Notes: generated by a model not told the origin, from the letters alone. Shown: positions 38,696 to 48,459, counted from the first letter of the stretch. The stretch is DNA of 64,000 bases from Bryobacteraceae bacterium (GCA_035651215.1 DASRGE010000041.1:9159-73158); one strand, 5' to 3'. Numbers and translations are program-made.

Positions 38696-39555
38696 ACAAA
38701 GCAGAGATCGGCATTATCGGTGGTAGTGGTCTCTATTCGATGCCGGGCTTCGAAGCGCACGAAGAAGTCCGGCTCACAACTCCATTCGGCGATCCGTCGG
38801 ACGCTTATATAGTCGGACGGATTGCTGGAAAGCCGGTCGCCTTTCTTGCGCGCCACGCGCGCGGCCATCGCATTTCACCCTCCGAGCTCAACTTTCGCGC
38901 CAATATCTACGGTATGAAGATGTTGGGCGTGGAACGCATTCTCTCTCTGAGCGCCGTCGGCTCGCTAAAAGAAGAACACGCCCCGCTCGATTTTGTGATT
39001 CCCGACCAGTTTGTGGATCGTACGCGCGGCCGTATCTCTACATTTTTCGGGGGTGGAGTGGTAGCGCACATCGGCTTTGCGGAACCTGTCTGTTCAAAGC
39101 TGGCCGCTGTTGTGCAGGAATCCGCGCAGGATTTAAAGATCAACAGCAAGCTGGGCGGCACGTATCTCTGCATGGAAGGCCCGGCATTTTCCACGCGCGC
39201 CGAATCGAACCTGTACCGGAGCTGGGGCATGGACGTGATCGGCATGACCAATTTGCAGGAAGCGAAGCTCGCCCGCGAAGCTGAGATCTGCTACGTGACC
39301 ATTGCGATGGTGACGGATTACGATTGCTGGCACGAAGAGCACGATGCCGTCACGGTGGACCAGATTATTTCCAATCTCAACAAAAACGCTGAAAACGCCT
39401 GCAAGCTCGTGCGGCAGGCGGTGGAAAGGATGCCGGAAGAGCGAAACTGCCGGTGCGGGTCCGCTCTGAAGCATGCAGTCATTACCGATCCCGCGGCGAT
39501 TCCGGAAACGGCAAAACAGCGGCTGGGGCTATTACTTGGTAAGTATCTCGGCTAA
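38692..39555 (+). CDS. mtnP: S-methyl-5'-thioadenosine phosphorylase
   Basis: IGIIGGSGLY N-terminus, FLARHG-type segment (FLARHARGH), and MEGPAFSTRAES plus VIGMT motifs of PNP/MTAP. Confidence 0.9.
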   Translation: MNKAEIGIIGGSGLYSMPGFEAHEEVRLTTPFGDPSDAYIVGRIAGKPVAFLARHARGHRISPSELNFRANIYGMKMLGVERILSLSAVGSLKEEHAPLDFVIPDQFVDRTRGRISTFFGGGVVAHIGFAEPVCSKLAAVVQESAQDLKINSKLGGTYLCMEGPAFSTRAESNLYRSWGMDVIGMTNLQEAKLAREAEICYVTIAMVTDYDCWHEEHDAVTVDQIISNLNKNAENACKLVRQAVERMPEERNCRCGSALKHAVITDPAAIPETAKQRLGLLLGKYLG

Positions 39556-40777
39556 TGAACTTGCGCGGGAGATCCTCGACGCCTGTCTCAACGAAGGTAC
39601 CTGGCCGGCCCGCACGCTCGATGCGCTGGTGGAGCGCGCGCTCGACGAAGACGATTCCTTCCGGGCGGTGGCGGCGACTCGGGCGCTTTTCGCAGTATTG
39701 ATCGAGCGGCTCGCGGATCTGTTCGAGCCATCTTTATGCGATCTGTATGCGCAGCTATTTTCCTATGTGATCTCGCGCGCGCTGCCGGAGTACGATCCGG
39801 CCGAACTGCTGCTCCGATACCACCGTATTCGTCAGGTCCGGCGTTTTCCGGGCGGGGAAGTCCGGCGCGTTTTCGTGCTCTCGCGAGTCACTTTAGGAGC
39901 CGATGTTGCGGTCACCAGTGTCGTGCTCGCCGCCGCCAAGAAGCGCTTCCCAGAGGCCGAGATCCACTTGCTGGGCCCGGCGAAGAACGCGGAGCTGTTT
40001 GCCGCGGACCCGAATGTGGTGCCGGTCGCCGTTACATACGATCGCGGCAGTCTGTTGCGCGATCGCCTCTCCGCCGCTGCGGAGCTGCAAATTGCTGTGG
40101 ATGAACCTGCCGCGATTGTCATCGATCCTGATTCCCGCCTGACGCAACTAGGACTGATTCCCATTTGCGAAGACACGCGCTATTTCTTTTTTGAGAGCCG
40201 TGCGTTCGGCGGCGAGTTGGACGGAACACTTCCGGCGCTGACTTCCGAATGGCTCACCGAGGTCTTCGACGTGGACCCAACCGAACCGTATGTGGCTCCC
40301 GCGCTCCAGGAGAAGGTCGCAAATGTTACCGTGAGCCTCGGGGTCGGCGACAACCTGAACAAACGTCTAGATGACGAGTTCGAATACGAAGTCCTTTCCG
40401 CGCTGCTGAAGCGGGGCCGCCCCATTCTGATCGATCGCGGAGCAGGTGGTGACGAGGCGGCAAGGGTGGATGCCTTAGTCGAACGCCTCGGCTCGCACAA
40501 GCTTCTGCATGTGCATCACGGAAGCTATGCATCGTTTGCGAGCCATATCGCGCAGAGCGATCTTTACGTCGGGTACGATTCGGCGGGTCAGCACGTTGCA
40601 GCTGCCGCGCACGTTCCATTGGTTTCCATTTTCAGCGGCTACGCGTGCGAACGGATGCTCGCCCGCTGGCGGCCATCGGGGCCTAAAGCGCACTTGATTG
40701 TTGTGAACGAAGAGAACCGGCCAACGGCTCTCGACCGCACGCTCCAGGCTATCGCGGTGGCGGCGGAGGGGGCGTAG
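39536..40777 (+). CDS. glycosyltransferase family 9 (heptosyltransferase-like) protein with an N-terminal helical extension
   Basis: The GT9-like core includes RRVFVLSRVTLGADVAVTS and C-terminal LYVGYDSAGQHVAAAAHVPLVSIF. The start is uncertain. TTG 39536 overlaps mtnP by 20 nt, and ATG 39473 overlaps it by 83 nt. Confidence 0.6.
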   Translation: MVSISANELAREILDACLNEGTWPARTLDALVERALDEDDSFRAVAATRALFAVLIERLADLFEPSLCDLYAQLFSYVISRALPEYDPAELLLRYHRIRQVRRFPGGEVRRVFVLSRVTLGADVAVTSVVLAAAKKRFPEAEIHLLGPAKNAELFAADPNVVPVAVTYDRGSLLRDRLSAAAELQIAVDEPAAIVIDPDSRLTQLGLIPICEDTRYFFFESRAFGGELDGTLPALTSEWLTEVFDVDPTEPYVAPALQEKVANVTVSLGVGDNLNKRLDDEFEYEVLSALLKRGRPILIDRGAGGDEAARVDALVERLGSHKLLHVHHGSYASFASHIAQSDLYVGYDSAGQHVAAAAHVPLVSIFSGYACERMLARWRPSGPKAHLIVVNEENRPTALDRTLQAIAVAAEGA

Positions 40778-42011
40778 GCAGAGTCCATGGATCGGAGGTG
40801 CTTTCCTTCTTCGGGGCCGGAGCTTTCGCCGGCTGCGAAGCCGTCGCAGGCTGTTCTTCTGTTTCGCTGGGCGGCATAGGCGGCGGTGCGTTCGGGTCCA
40901 TGTCGTACTTAATTGCGATATCCGCGCCAAACTTACGATAGTTGCGGAATTCAATCTCGTTCCGGGATGTCTGATGTTCGGCGCGCATATAGAGCAGGGC
41001 TCTCGTCGGGCAGACGAATTTCTGCCCGCTAATGTCGATCAGATCGTAATCCAAGGTTTCTGTTGTTTCCCGAACGGGGAAACTGGAAGGGATATTAACG
41101 GCGATGAATTTGATTCTGTCGATTTCGCCTGTGTCCGGGTCGGCATAAATGAGACCGCGATACGCCGTGATGATGCGCTGTTCGTCTCCCGGGCCGCCGC
41201 TTCCGCCGTACTCGATCGAATAGCTTGAATGCCCGCTATCGATGAAGTAATTGAAGACAGCCATGCGGCGGCCGCGCAAAGTTGCCCAATGGTCCCAGCC
41301 AAACTCAGCTTCGCTCTTCGGCTCAAAAATACTCCGCATCATCCCTGCAAACTCGCCCGTCGACCGCGCGCCGCCTCCACCAATTCCGCCCATGTCGGTG
41401 TCCACGATCTTGCCATCTACCGAGTAGACCTTGTAATGCTCCGCTCCTTCGTTGTAGCTCACCCGTGCGAGCACCGTGCCCAGACTGCGGTAGTCGTTTC
41501 CTCCTCTTGGGTCGACGTAGCGCCGTGTCACCTCCACGCAGATGAAATTCGGAAGGTTCTGGGTGTAGTTGAGCGCGTATTGCGTCATTAGATCCCTGAT
41601 TTCCTGCTGCTTCACGGAGCTCGGCGGCGGAATGGGGGGGGCTTGCGGCTTTAAAGTTGTTGTAGCAGATGTCGAGCTGAGCGTGTTGTCCGGCGCGGTG
41701 GCTGGTGAGTAGGTGGCGTCCTTCGTGGGAGGCTTCAGATTGGCCGTCTTATCGCGCAGATACTTCAGCGCCTCCACCGTGCGCGGGCCCGCCCCTTGCG
41801 CCTCCAGGTCGGTAATAGTCTTGTCCGTGAGCCTTTCGGTTAATTGAATTTTCTTGACGTATTCACCGATTTTCTTATCGGATTGTTGCTTTAGAGCCAG
41901 CTCAGATCGAATGAAATCAGCAAGTTGCTGGACATTCATCTGCATCTGTGCCTGCAAGGCTAACGCAAAAGACACCACCAGCAGGCCAAGACGGAACTTC
42001 ATATCCACCAT
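40749..42011 (-). CDS. hypothetical secreted protein with Pro-rich linker and tail
   Basis: Signal peptide (MKFRLGLLVVSFALALQAQ), a helical N-domain, a Pro/Thr-rich linker, a beta-rich C-domain and a PPPPPPR tail. I recognise no family. Confidence 0.6.
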   Translation of the reverse strand: MVDMKFRLGLLVVSFALALQAQMQMNVQQLADFIRSELALKQQSDKKIGEYVKKIQLTERLTDKTITDLEAQGAGPRTVEALKYLRDKTANLKPPTKDATYSPATAPDNTLSSTSATTTLKPQAPPIPPPSSVKQQEIRDLMTQYALNYTQNLPNFICVEVTRRYVDPRGGNDYRSLGTVLARVSYNEGAEHYKVYSVDGKIVDTDMGGIGGGGARSTGEFAGMMRSIFEPKSEAEFGWDHWATLRGRRMAVFNYFIDSGHSSYSIEYGGSGGPGDEQRIITAYRGLIYADPDTGEIDRIKFIAVNIPSSFPVRETTETLDYDLIDISGQKFVCPTRALLYMRAEHQTSRNEIEFRNYRKFGADIAIKYDMDPNAPPPMPPSETEEQPATASQPAKAPAPKKESTSDPWTLPTPPPPPPR

Positions 42012-42118
42012 GATGACGTATCCGCCGCCGGTCCGGTTGCCCTGTGCGAGATAAATGTGGAAGCCGGGGCCAAAGCAGTCCCCCTGGCTTACGCGCGGGG
42101 TGTACCCCGGCTCGGTCT

Positions 42119-42877
42119 TTACAGTCTCTCTTCTTTTTCCAGGCTGATCGTGATAGTCCCGACGGGAAACCCTAGATGGATCCGGAACTGGACCGGCATC
42201 CGCTCGGAATCATCCGTGATCCACACAAAGAAAGTACCCTTTCGCTTGTAGAGCACGTTGTCGAACAGGAAAGCTTCGTAGCGAGTGGTGGAATACGTCT
42301 TTCCGTTTACGCTGACGCGTTCCTTGGCTTGCGCTTCCACCCGGGCATGTGCCATTTTTTTGCCGTTTGTGATCGGAATAGTTACGGCGTGGCCCGGCTG
42401 GAGGTCCGAAGCGCGCAGCTCCGCAAGCGCCCCGGTGATCTCATGTGTGCAGGGAGCGATTGCCAGCCTATTCTTGGCCGACGTGTTTTTCAGAACGTCG
42501 TGTTCGTTGTATTCGACCTTGTGCTGCGGGTCGTCGAAGATCAAGTGAGTGAGGGTGTGCCGTTTGCCTTCCTGTGCATCGAGCTGCGCACTGATTCCGC
42601 AGAACCGATCGGTCATCGCGGCTTTGTAGCTATCCAACACGCGATAAAGGCGGCTCACCAGCCCGGCGCTCTCCAAGTGAAGATTCACGGTCCAGTCGTC
42701 CGGCTGGTCGCGCGAGAGCTGAACTGTAGCCGTACCGGCATTGATCATACGCCACTCGATCCGATAGGTCAGCTTTTCGGGAAACGGGAATTTCGAGCCC
42801 TTGGGCGCTTGCGCCAACGCGGCGCTACTGCCAGAAACCAGGGCAAGAGCGCACAGGAATCGCGAAGAAAAATGCAT
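42119..42877 (-). CDS. DUF3108-like exported protein
   Basis: Signal peptide present, with an all-beta-looking sequence (LTYRIEWRMINAGTATVQL). Its start overlaps the mazG stop by 1 nt (TGATG). Confidence 0.55.
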   Translation of the reverse strand: MHFSSRFLCALALVSGSSAALAQAPKGSKFPFPEKLTYRIEWRMINAGTATVQLSRDQPDDWTVNLHLESAGLVSRLYRVLDSYKAAMTDRFCGISAQLDAQEGKRHTLTHLIFDDPQHKVEYNEHDVLKNTSAKNRLAIAPCTHEITGALAELRASDLQPGHAVTIPITNGKKMAHARVEAQAKERVSVNGKTYSTTRYEAFLFDNVLYKRKGTFFVWITDDSERMPVQFRIHLGFPVGTITISLEKEERL

Positions 42878-43779
42878 CAGAATTGTTCCTGGCCGTTGCG
42901 CTTGGCCTCCTGCCAGAGTTCTTCCATTCGTTCCAGCGGCGTTTCGGAGAGCATGCCACCGCTGGCCGCCACCTCGCGCTCAACATGCGCAAACCGGCTT
43001 CGAAACCGAGCATTCGTTTTACGCAGCGCTTGCTCGGGATCGACATGCAGAAAACGGGCGAGATTGACCAGGGTGAATAGCATGTCACCGATCTCGTGTT
43101 CCACGTCCCCTTGAGTGTGCGTATCGCGAGCCGCGGCGAGTTCCGCCGCCTCTTCCTGTAGCTTCTCAACAACTCCGGTGATATCGGGCCACTCGAACCC
43201 CACGGCAGCCGCTTTCCGGCTCAGCTTCTCCGATTCCATGAGGGCCGGCAAGGTACGTGGCACTCCGTCCAGAACGGATACAGGCGGTCCACCCTTTTCT
43301 TGCTGTTTGATTTCATCCCACCGCTGTTTAACATCTTCAGCCGTGTGGGCAACGGCTTCTCCGAAAACGTGCGGATGGCGCCGGACCAGCTTCTGGTTAA
43401 TGGCGTCGAGTGCATCCGAAATCGTGAACAGGCCCTCATCCGCCGCGATCTCGGCCAGAAACACCGGCTGTAACAGTAAATCTCCGAGTTCTTCCGCGAG
43501 GCTCGGCCAGTCCCGCGCATCAATCGCGTCCATGACCTCGTAAGTTTCTTCGAGCAGATACGATTTGATAGTATCCAGAGTCTGTTTCCGGTCCCAAGGA
43601 CAGCCATCCGGGCCGCGCAAACGCGCCATCACCTCGACGAGCTCCTGAAATTTGACTCCAGCCTCCTGAACCGAATTTGTCGTTCGCTGTGCCACGCTCA
43701 ACGATACCCTAACAGCGTCCGCGCTTCTTTTTGTGGGGCGGACGCCCTCGCCCGCGCGCGACCCCGTTGTCGCGCCCAT
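42877..43779 (-). CDS. mazG: nucleoside triphosphate pyrophosphohydrolase MazG
   Basis: Tandem MazG domains are present: RLRGPDGCPWDRKQT and EELGDLLLQ, then a second EExxE/D repeat (EEAAELAAA..EIGDMLF). The true start is probably downstream of 43779, for example GTG 43695. Confidence 0.85.
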   Translation of the reverse strand: MGATTGSRAGEGVRPTKRSADAVRVSLSVAQRTTNSVQEAGVKFQELVEVMARLRGPDGCPWDRKQTLDTIKSYLLEETYEVMDAIDARDWPSLAEELGDLLLQPVFLAEIAADEGLFTISDALDAINQKLVRRHPHVFGEAVAHTAEDVKQRWDEIKQQEKGGPPVSVLDGVPRTLPALMESEKLSRKAAAVGFEWPDITGVVEKLQEEAAELAAARDTHTQGDVEHEIGDMLFTLVNLARFLHVDPEQALRKTNARFRSRFAHVEREVAASGGMLSETPLERMEELWQEAKRNGQEQF

Positions 43780-43831
43780 TCTTCACCGCTCCCTGTTCGA
43801 CAATATGTTCGTAGGATGGAGTTTGCTTTAT

Positions 43832-44215
43832 ATGGCTGACAGCACCGAATCTTCCGAGATGCCGCTCCCGCCGGCCAATTTCATGTTCCTGGTCGAATCG
43901 ATTCTGATGCAGACCCAGATCCAGCTTGGCCTCTTCAAGCTGGGAGAAGGCGACGAGAAAACCGAGCCCAACCTGCCGCTCGCCCGGCATTCTATCGACC
44001 TGCTCGGAATGCTTCAGGAAAAGACAAAGGGGAATCTCACAGTGGAAGAGCAGCGGCTCCTCGAAAATGGGTTGACCGAACTGCGGTTCCGGTATGTCCA
44101 GATCGCTGACGAAATGAAACGTGGCAAGGAACCACCGGCCGGCGAATCGAAACCGGAGAGCGACCGGCCGATCATTATTGCCGCGGATGGCGGAAAGGGA
44201 ACCAAGACCGAGTAG
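43832..44215 (+). CDS. DUF1844 domain protein
   Basis: In-frame ATG 43832. The PPANFMFLVESILMQTQIQLGL ... ARHSIDLLGMLQEKTKGNL pattern is typical of DUF1844. Confidence 0.7.
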   Translation: MADSTESSEMPLPPANFMFLVESILMQTQIQLGLFKLGEGDEKTEPNLPLARHSIDLLGMLQEKTKGNLTVEEQRLLENGLTELRFRYVQIADEMKRGKEPPAGESKPESDRPIIIAADGGKGTKTE

Positions 44216-45016
44216 ATGCTCGACACTTTCGAGCACGCGTCGATTCTTGTCCTCGGCTCGGGAACCAGCGTCGGCGTGCCGATGATCGGCTGCCGCTGCA
44301 CGGTTTGCAGTTCCACCGACCCACGCGACAAGCGCCTTCGGCCATCGGTGCTACTGTGCCTGGAAGACAAGCGGCTGCTGATCGATACATCGCCGGATTT
44401 CCGCTGCCAGGCGCTGCGCTACCACATCGACCGGCTCGATGCGATTCTTTATACCCATGCGCACGCCGATCACATCCTGGGGCTGGATGACGTGCGGCCC
44501 TTCAATTTCATTCAAAAGAAAGCTATACCGATCTATGCGTCGGCCGAAGCGCTGGAGGTGATTGAACGGACTTTCGGCTATGTCTTCGATAGCGGGCCAT
44601 CGGAATCGAGCCGGCCTCGCTTGGCGCGGCACGTATTCGATAACGAGCTCATCTCCGTTGCCGGAATTTCGATTCTGCCAGTGCGGGCGTCGCATGGGAA
44701 GGGCACAGTGCACGGCTTTCGTTTCGGCAATAGCGCTTACCTCACCGATCACAGCGAGATTCCCGCTGAAAGTAAGGACAAATTAACCGGCCTGGATGTG
44801 TTGTTTTTGGATGCTTTGCGACACAACCCGCATCCCACGCATTCCACCGTGCAGGAGTCTTTGCGGACGGTTGCGCTATTGAAGCCGAAGCGGGCCTACT
44901 TCACTCATATTTCACACGATCTGCTGCATGCCGATATGGAGGCGCGCTTACCTGATAACGTGCATCTGGCTTACGACGGTTTGGAGATTCCGATCGGACG
45001 GGCCGACCAGATATGA
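44216..45016 (+). CDS. MBL-fold metallo-hydrolase (PhnP-like)
   Basis: An N-terminal Cys cluster (CRCTVC) is followed by YTHAHADHILGLDD. Confidence 0.85.
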   Translation: MLDTFEHASILVLGSGTSVGVPMIGCRCTVCSSTDPRDKRLRPSVLLCLEDKRLLIDTSPDFRCQALRYHIDRLDAILYTHAHADHILGLDDVRPFNFIQKKAIPIYASAEALEVIERTFGYVFDSGPSESSRPRLARHVFDNELISVAGISILPVRASHGKGTVHGFRFGNSAYLTDHSEIPAESKDKLTGLDVLFLDALRHNPHPTHSTVQESLRTVALLKPKRAYFTHISHDLLHADMEARLPDNVHLAYDGLEIPIGRADQI

Positions 45017-45978
45017 AAGACTTTCGATCCGTTGAATCGGCGCGCGGCCAGTTCGGGCCGTCTGCGCTCGCGATCGGTAATTTCGATGGCGTCCATATCG
45101 GGCACCAGGCATTGCTGCGCGAAGCGGTCCGGTATGCCTCGGCTCACGGAATCACGCCCGCGGCTCTGACGTTTTATCCCCACCCGACCGCGGTCGTTGC
45201 TCCCCGACATGTGCCGCTTTTAATCTGTAGCCTCGAAAAGCGCATCCAATTACTCGCTGCCGCCGGAGCGGAGCGTATTCTCGTCTTGCCATTCACGCCG
45301 GAAGTGGCGCGCATGTCGCCGGAGGAGTTCGTTTCGCAGATCCTCGTTGACGCGCTCGAGACCAAAGCGGTCTTTGTCGGCGAGAATTTCCATTTCGGGC
45401 ACAAACAGAGCGGTACCCCTGACGTTCTGCGCGGGCTTGCGGAGCGATACCGCTTCTATGTGCGATTTCTAAAACCAGTCTCGCTACGCGGTGAAATTGT
45501 TTCGAGCTCGGCCATCCGGCGCTACCTGGCATCCGGCAACGTGTCGCGGGTCGGACGGTTATTGGGGAGATGTTTTTCGCTCGCAGGACCGGTGGTGACG
45601 GGACACGGTGTGGGAAGCAAACAGACCGTCCCGACTTTAAATCTGCGTTCGGCACCTGACCGCATTGTTCCGCGGGGCGTCTATGTCACGGAAACCGTGG
45701 AACTGCCTTCGAACCGGCGTTGGGAATCCATTACCAATGCCGGGTTTCGTCCGACCTTTGGCGGAAACGAACTGACCGTGGAGACCTTTCTGCTGGGTAA
45801 ATGGGAAGGCGACGGGCCCCAGGAGATCGAAGTACGGTTTCATCATTTCGTGCGAGCCGAGCGCCAGTTCCCGAGCCCGGAAGCGCTGAAGCAACAGATT
45901 TTCAAAGACGTGTCCGTCGCGCAAAAATATTGGCGGCGGCGCACGAAAATTGGGATACCTGCTGCTTCGATATACTGA
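45013..45978 (+). CDS. ribF: bifunctional riboflavin kinase / FAD synthetase
   Basis: AIGNFDGVHIGHQ nucleotidyltransferase motif. The C-terminal riboflavin kinase segment contains PTLN and VETFLL. Length is 321 aa. Confidence 0.9.
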   Translation: MKDFRSVESARGQFGPSALAIGNFDGVHIGHQALLREAVRYASAHGITPAALTFYPHPTAVVAPRHVPLLICSLEKRIQLLAAAGAERILVLPFTPEVARMSPEEFVSQILVDALETKAVFVGENFHFGHKQSGTPDVLRGLAERYRFYVRFLKPVSLRGEIVSSSAIRRYLASGNVSRVGRLLGRCFSLAGPVVTGHGVGSKQTVPTLNLRSAPDRIVPRGVYVTETVELPSNRRWESITNAGFRPTFGGNELTVETFLLGKWEGDGPQEIEVRFHHFVRAERQFPSPEALKQQIFKDVSVAQKYWRRRTKIGIPAASIY

Positions 45979-45996
45979 AGTGTCCGGTGCAAAATT

Positions 45997-47007
45997 ATGC
46001 AGCTTTCCGAAGGTAAAGTCAAACATCTGAATGCGCTTTCGAACAAGAACGGCGTGATTGCGGCCGCCGCCATGGACCAGCGCGGCAGCTTGCAAAAAAT
46101 GATTGCGTCGGCCAAAGGCGTTCCGCAGGATCAGGTCACGCCTGACATGATGACCGAGTTCAAGACGGCGGTCACCAAAGTTTTGACTCCGCACGCGAGC
46201 GCGATCCTGTTGGACCCGGAGTATGGCATTCCCGCCGCCAAAGCACGCGCAAAGAATGCGGGACTGCTGCTCGCCTACGAAGAGAGCGGTTACGACAACA
46301 CTAAACCAGGGCGGCTGCCCGACCTGCTACCGCATCTTTCCGTGAAGCGGATCAAAGAGCTGGGCGCGGATGCGGTCAAAATCTTGATCTACTACACTCC
46401 TTTCGAAGATCCGAAGATCAACGACATCAAGCATGCGTTTATTGAGCGGATCGGCGCGGAATGCGAGTTCCACCAGATCCCCTTCTTCCTGGAATTTGTC
46501 GGTTATGACCCCAAAGGCGGTAACGAAAAAGGCTTCGACTACGCAAAGAAGAAGCCGGAAGTCGTCATCAAGTCAATGGAGGAGTTCGGGAAACCGCAAT
46601 ATCACGTCGACGTTCTGAAGGTAGAGGTTCCGGTCAACGCCGAGTTCGTCGAAGGCAGCAGCGTCTTCAAAGGAAAAGCTGCATACAGCCGCAAAGAGGC
46701 GCTGGAGTATTACCGCAGGGCCGCAGAAATGGCGCAAAAGCCGTTTATTTATCTAAGTGCGGGAGTGGGCAATGCTCAGTTCGTGGAGTCGTTGAACATG
46801 GCGGCTGAGGCAGGCACGGATTATTCGGGCGTGTTGTGCGGACGCGCTACCTGGAAAGACGGCGTAGCGGTGTACGGCAAACAAGGCGTCAAGGCGCTCG
46901 AAGACTGGCTTTCCGATCAGGGCGTGAAGAACATTGAGGCCGTGAACAACGCTATCAAGTCAGCGAAACCCTGGCACGCCAAAGCCGGAGTTGCTGTCGC
47001 GGTCTAG
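45997..47007 (+). CDS. tagatose-1,6-bisphosphate aldolase (LacD) family class I aldolase
   Basis: The N-terminus KHLNALSNKNGVIAAAAMDQRGSLQKMI resembles LacD-family proteins. Length is 336 aa. Confidence 0.75.
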   Translation: MQLSEGKVKHLNALSNKNGVIAAAAMDQRGSLQKMIASAKGVPQDQVTPDMMTEFKTAVTKVLTPHASAILLDPEYGIPAAKARAKNAGLLLAYEESGYDNTKPGRLPDLLPHLSVKRIKELGADAVKILIYYTPFEDPKINDIKHAFIERIGAECEFHQIPFFLEFVGYDPKGGNEKGFDYAKKKPEVVIKSMEEFGKPQYHVDVLKVEVPVNAEFVEGSSVFKGKAAYSRKEALEYYRRAAEMAQKPFIYLSAGVGNAQFVESLNMAAEAGTDYSGVLCGRATWKDGVAVYGKQGVKALEDWLSDQGVKNIEAVNNAIKSAKPWHAKAGVAVAV

Positions 47008-47027
47008 ACACGACATGCCCACTTCCA

Positions 47028-48176
47028 ATGCACTTTGCTTCTATTTCTGAAGCGATTGAAGACTTCCGGCAGGGTAAGATCCTCATCGTCGTGGACGACG
47101 AGGATCGTGAAAACGAAGGCGATCTAACCATCGCTGCCGAGAAGATCACTCCAGAAGCGATCAATTTCATGGCTACGTACGGGCGCGGCCTGATCTGCCT
47201 TGCTCTCGATGCGGAAATTTGCAAACGCCTCGATCTGCAGCCCATGTCGGCCGTCAATACGGCGCGCTTCAGCACGGCATTCTGCGAGGCGATTGACGCG
47301 GCCGAAGGCGTGACAACCGGCATCTCCGCGTACGACCGTGCGCACACCATCCGCGTGGCCATGGATCCGAATTCGCGCCCGCAGGATTTGGCGCGTCCCG
47401 GCCATGTATTTCCGTTGCGCGCGCGTCCCGGCGGCGTGCTGGTGCGCACCGGACAGACGGAAGCCGCAGTGGATCTGGCGCGCTTAGCGGGTCTTTCTCC
47501 AGGCGGCGTGATCTGCGAAATCATGAATGAGGATGGCACGATGGCGCGCGTTCCGCAGCTTGTGGAATTCTGCCAGCGTTACGGACTCAAAATGATTTCG
47601 GTAGCGGATCTGATTCGCTATCGCATGCAGACCGAGAAGGTCGTAGACCGCGACGCCTCGGGCCGCATTAGAACGCCCTACGGCGAATTCGAGGTAATTC
47701 GCTACGTCAGCCGCACCGATAAAGAGATGCATCTCGCGCTTGTTCACGGCGATATCAAAGGCAAGAGCAACGTGCTGGTACGCGTCCATTCGCATTGCCT
47801 GTACGGCGATACCTTTCAATCGCTCGATTGCGACTGCCGCGAATTGATTACCGGAGCGCTCGAAACGATCTCACGCGCGGACTGCGGCGTATTTCTGTAT
47901 CTGCACCAGAACGGACCTGGCGTGCATGCGGTCTGGCAGGACGGGCGCCGCGAATTGATTGGGCACACACGCAACCAATCGAGCTTCATTCCGTCGGAAC
48001 GGCACCAGCCCTTGCAGCATGAAACGGGCATCGGAGCGCAGATTCTCTCAGATCTCGGTTTATCTACGATTCACTTATTGACGAATCATCCCCGCAAAGT
48101 AGTCGGATTGGAGGGTTTCGGAATACAAATCACAGCTCAGGTTCCTTTTTCGGCACAAGTGGGGTCAGCTTTTTAG
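47028..48176 (+). CDS. ribBA: 3,4-dihydroxy-2-butanone-4-phosphate synthase fused to a divergent GTP cyclohydrolase II-like domain
   Basis: The RibB half is intact (VVDDEDRENEGDL). The RibA half keeps the zinc cysteines (HSHCLYGD...LDCDC). The conserved LYxRQEGRGIGLxNK segment is replaced by LYLHQNGPGVHAVWQ. Confidence 0.85.
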   Translation: MHFASISEAIEDFRQGKILIVVDDEDRENEGDLTIAAEKITPEAINFMATYGRGLICLALDAEICKRLDLQPMSAVNTARFSTAFCEAIDAAEGVTTGISAYDRAHTIRVAMDPNSRPQDLARPGHVFPLRARPGGVLVRTGQTEAAVDLARLAGLSPGGVICEIMNEDGTMARVPQLVEFCQRYGLKMISVADLIRYRMQTEKVVDRDASGRIRTPYGEFEVIRYVSRTDKEMHLALVHGDIKGKSNVLVRVHSHCLYGDTFQSLDCDCRELITGALETISRADCGVFLYLHQNGPGVHAVWQDGRRELIGHTRNQSSFIPSERHQPLQHETGIGAQILSDLGLSTIHLLTNHPRKVVGLEGFGIQITAQVPFSAQVGSAF

Positions 48177-48459
48177 GCGACCGCCACCATTTCTAGCGGC
48201 GTGCACTTCCGAGCCAGCCTGTCCAGATGTATCGGTAGACCCAACCCGAACTGACGGACGGAGGGGAGTGATATGCCGATTAGAGCGGAGTTCGCTTGTA
48301 CTACTGCACCCCTACCCGCTCAAGCCCTCTTGCTCCCAATATCCAAGATGAGAGGCGTGTGCGTTAGTTAGCAGCGCATGCACGGATCTATGCGGCGAGT
48401 GCTGGGTAACCGGGGACCTATCGGTCGATTTTCCAGAATCGAGCAACAGGAGTTGCGCT

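Noticed and set aside
47008-47027. An FMN riboswitch upstream of ribBA or ribF.
   Set aside because: The gaps before ribBA (20 nt) and before ribF (an overlap with the upstream gene) are far too short for an aptamer of about 130 nt or more.
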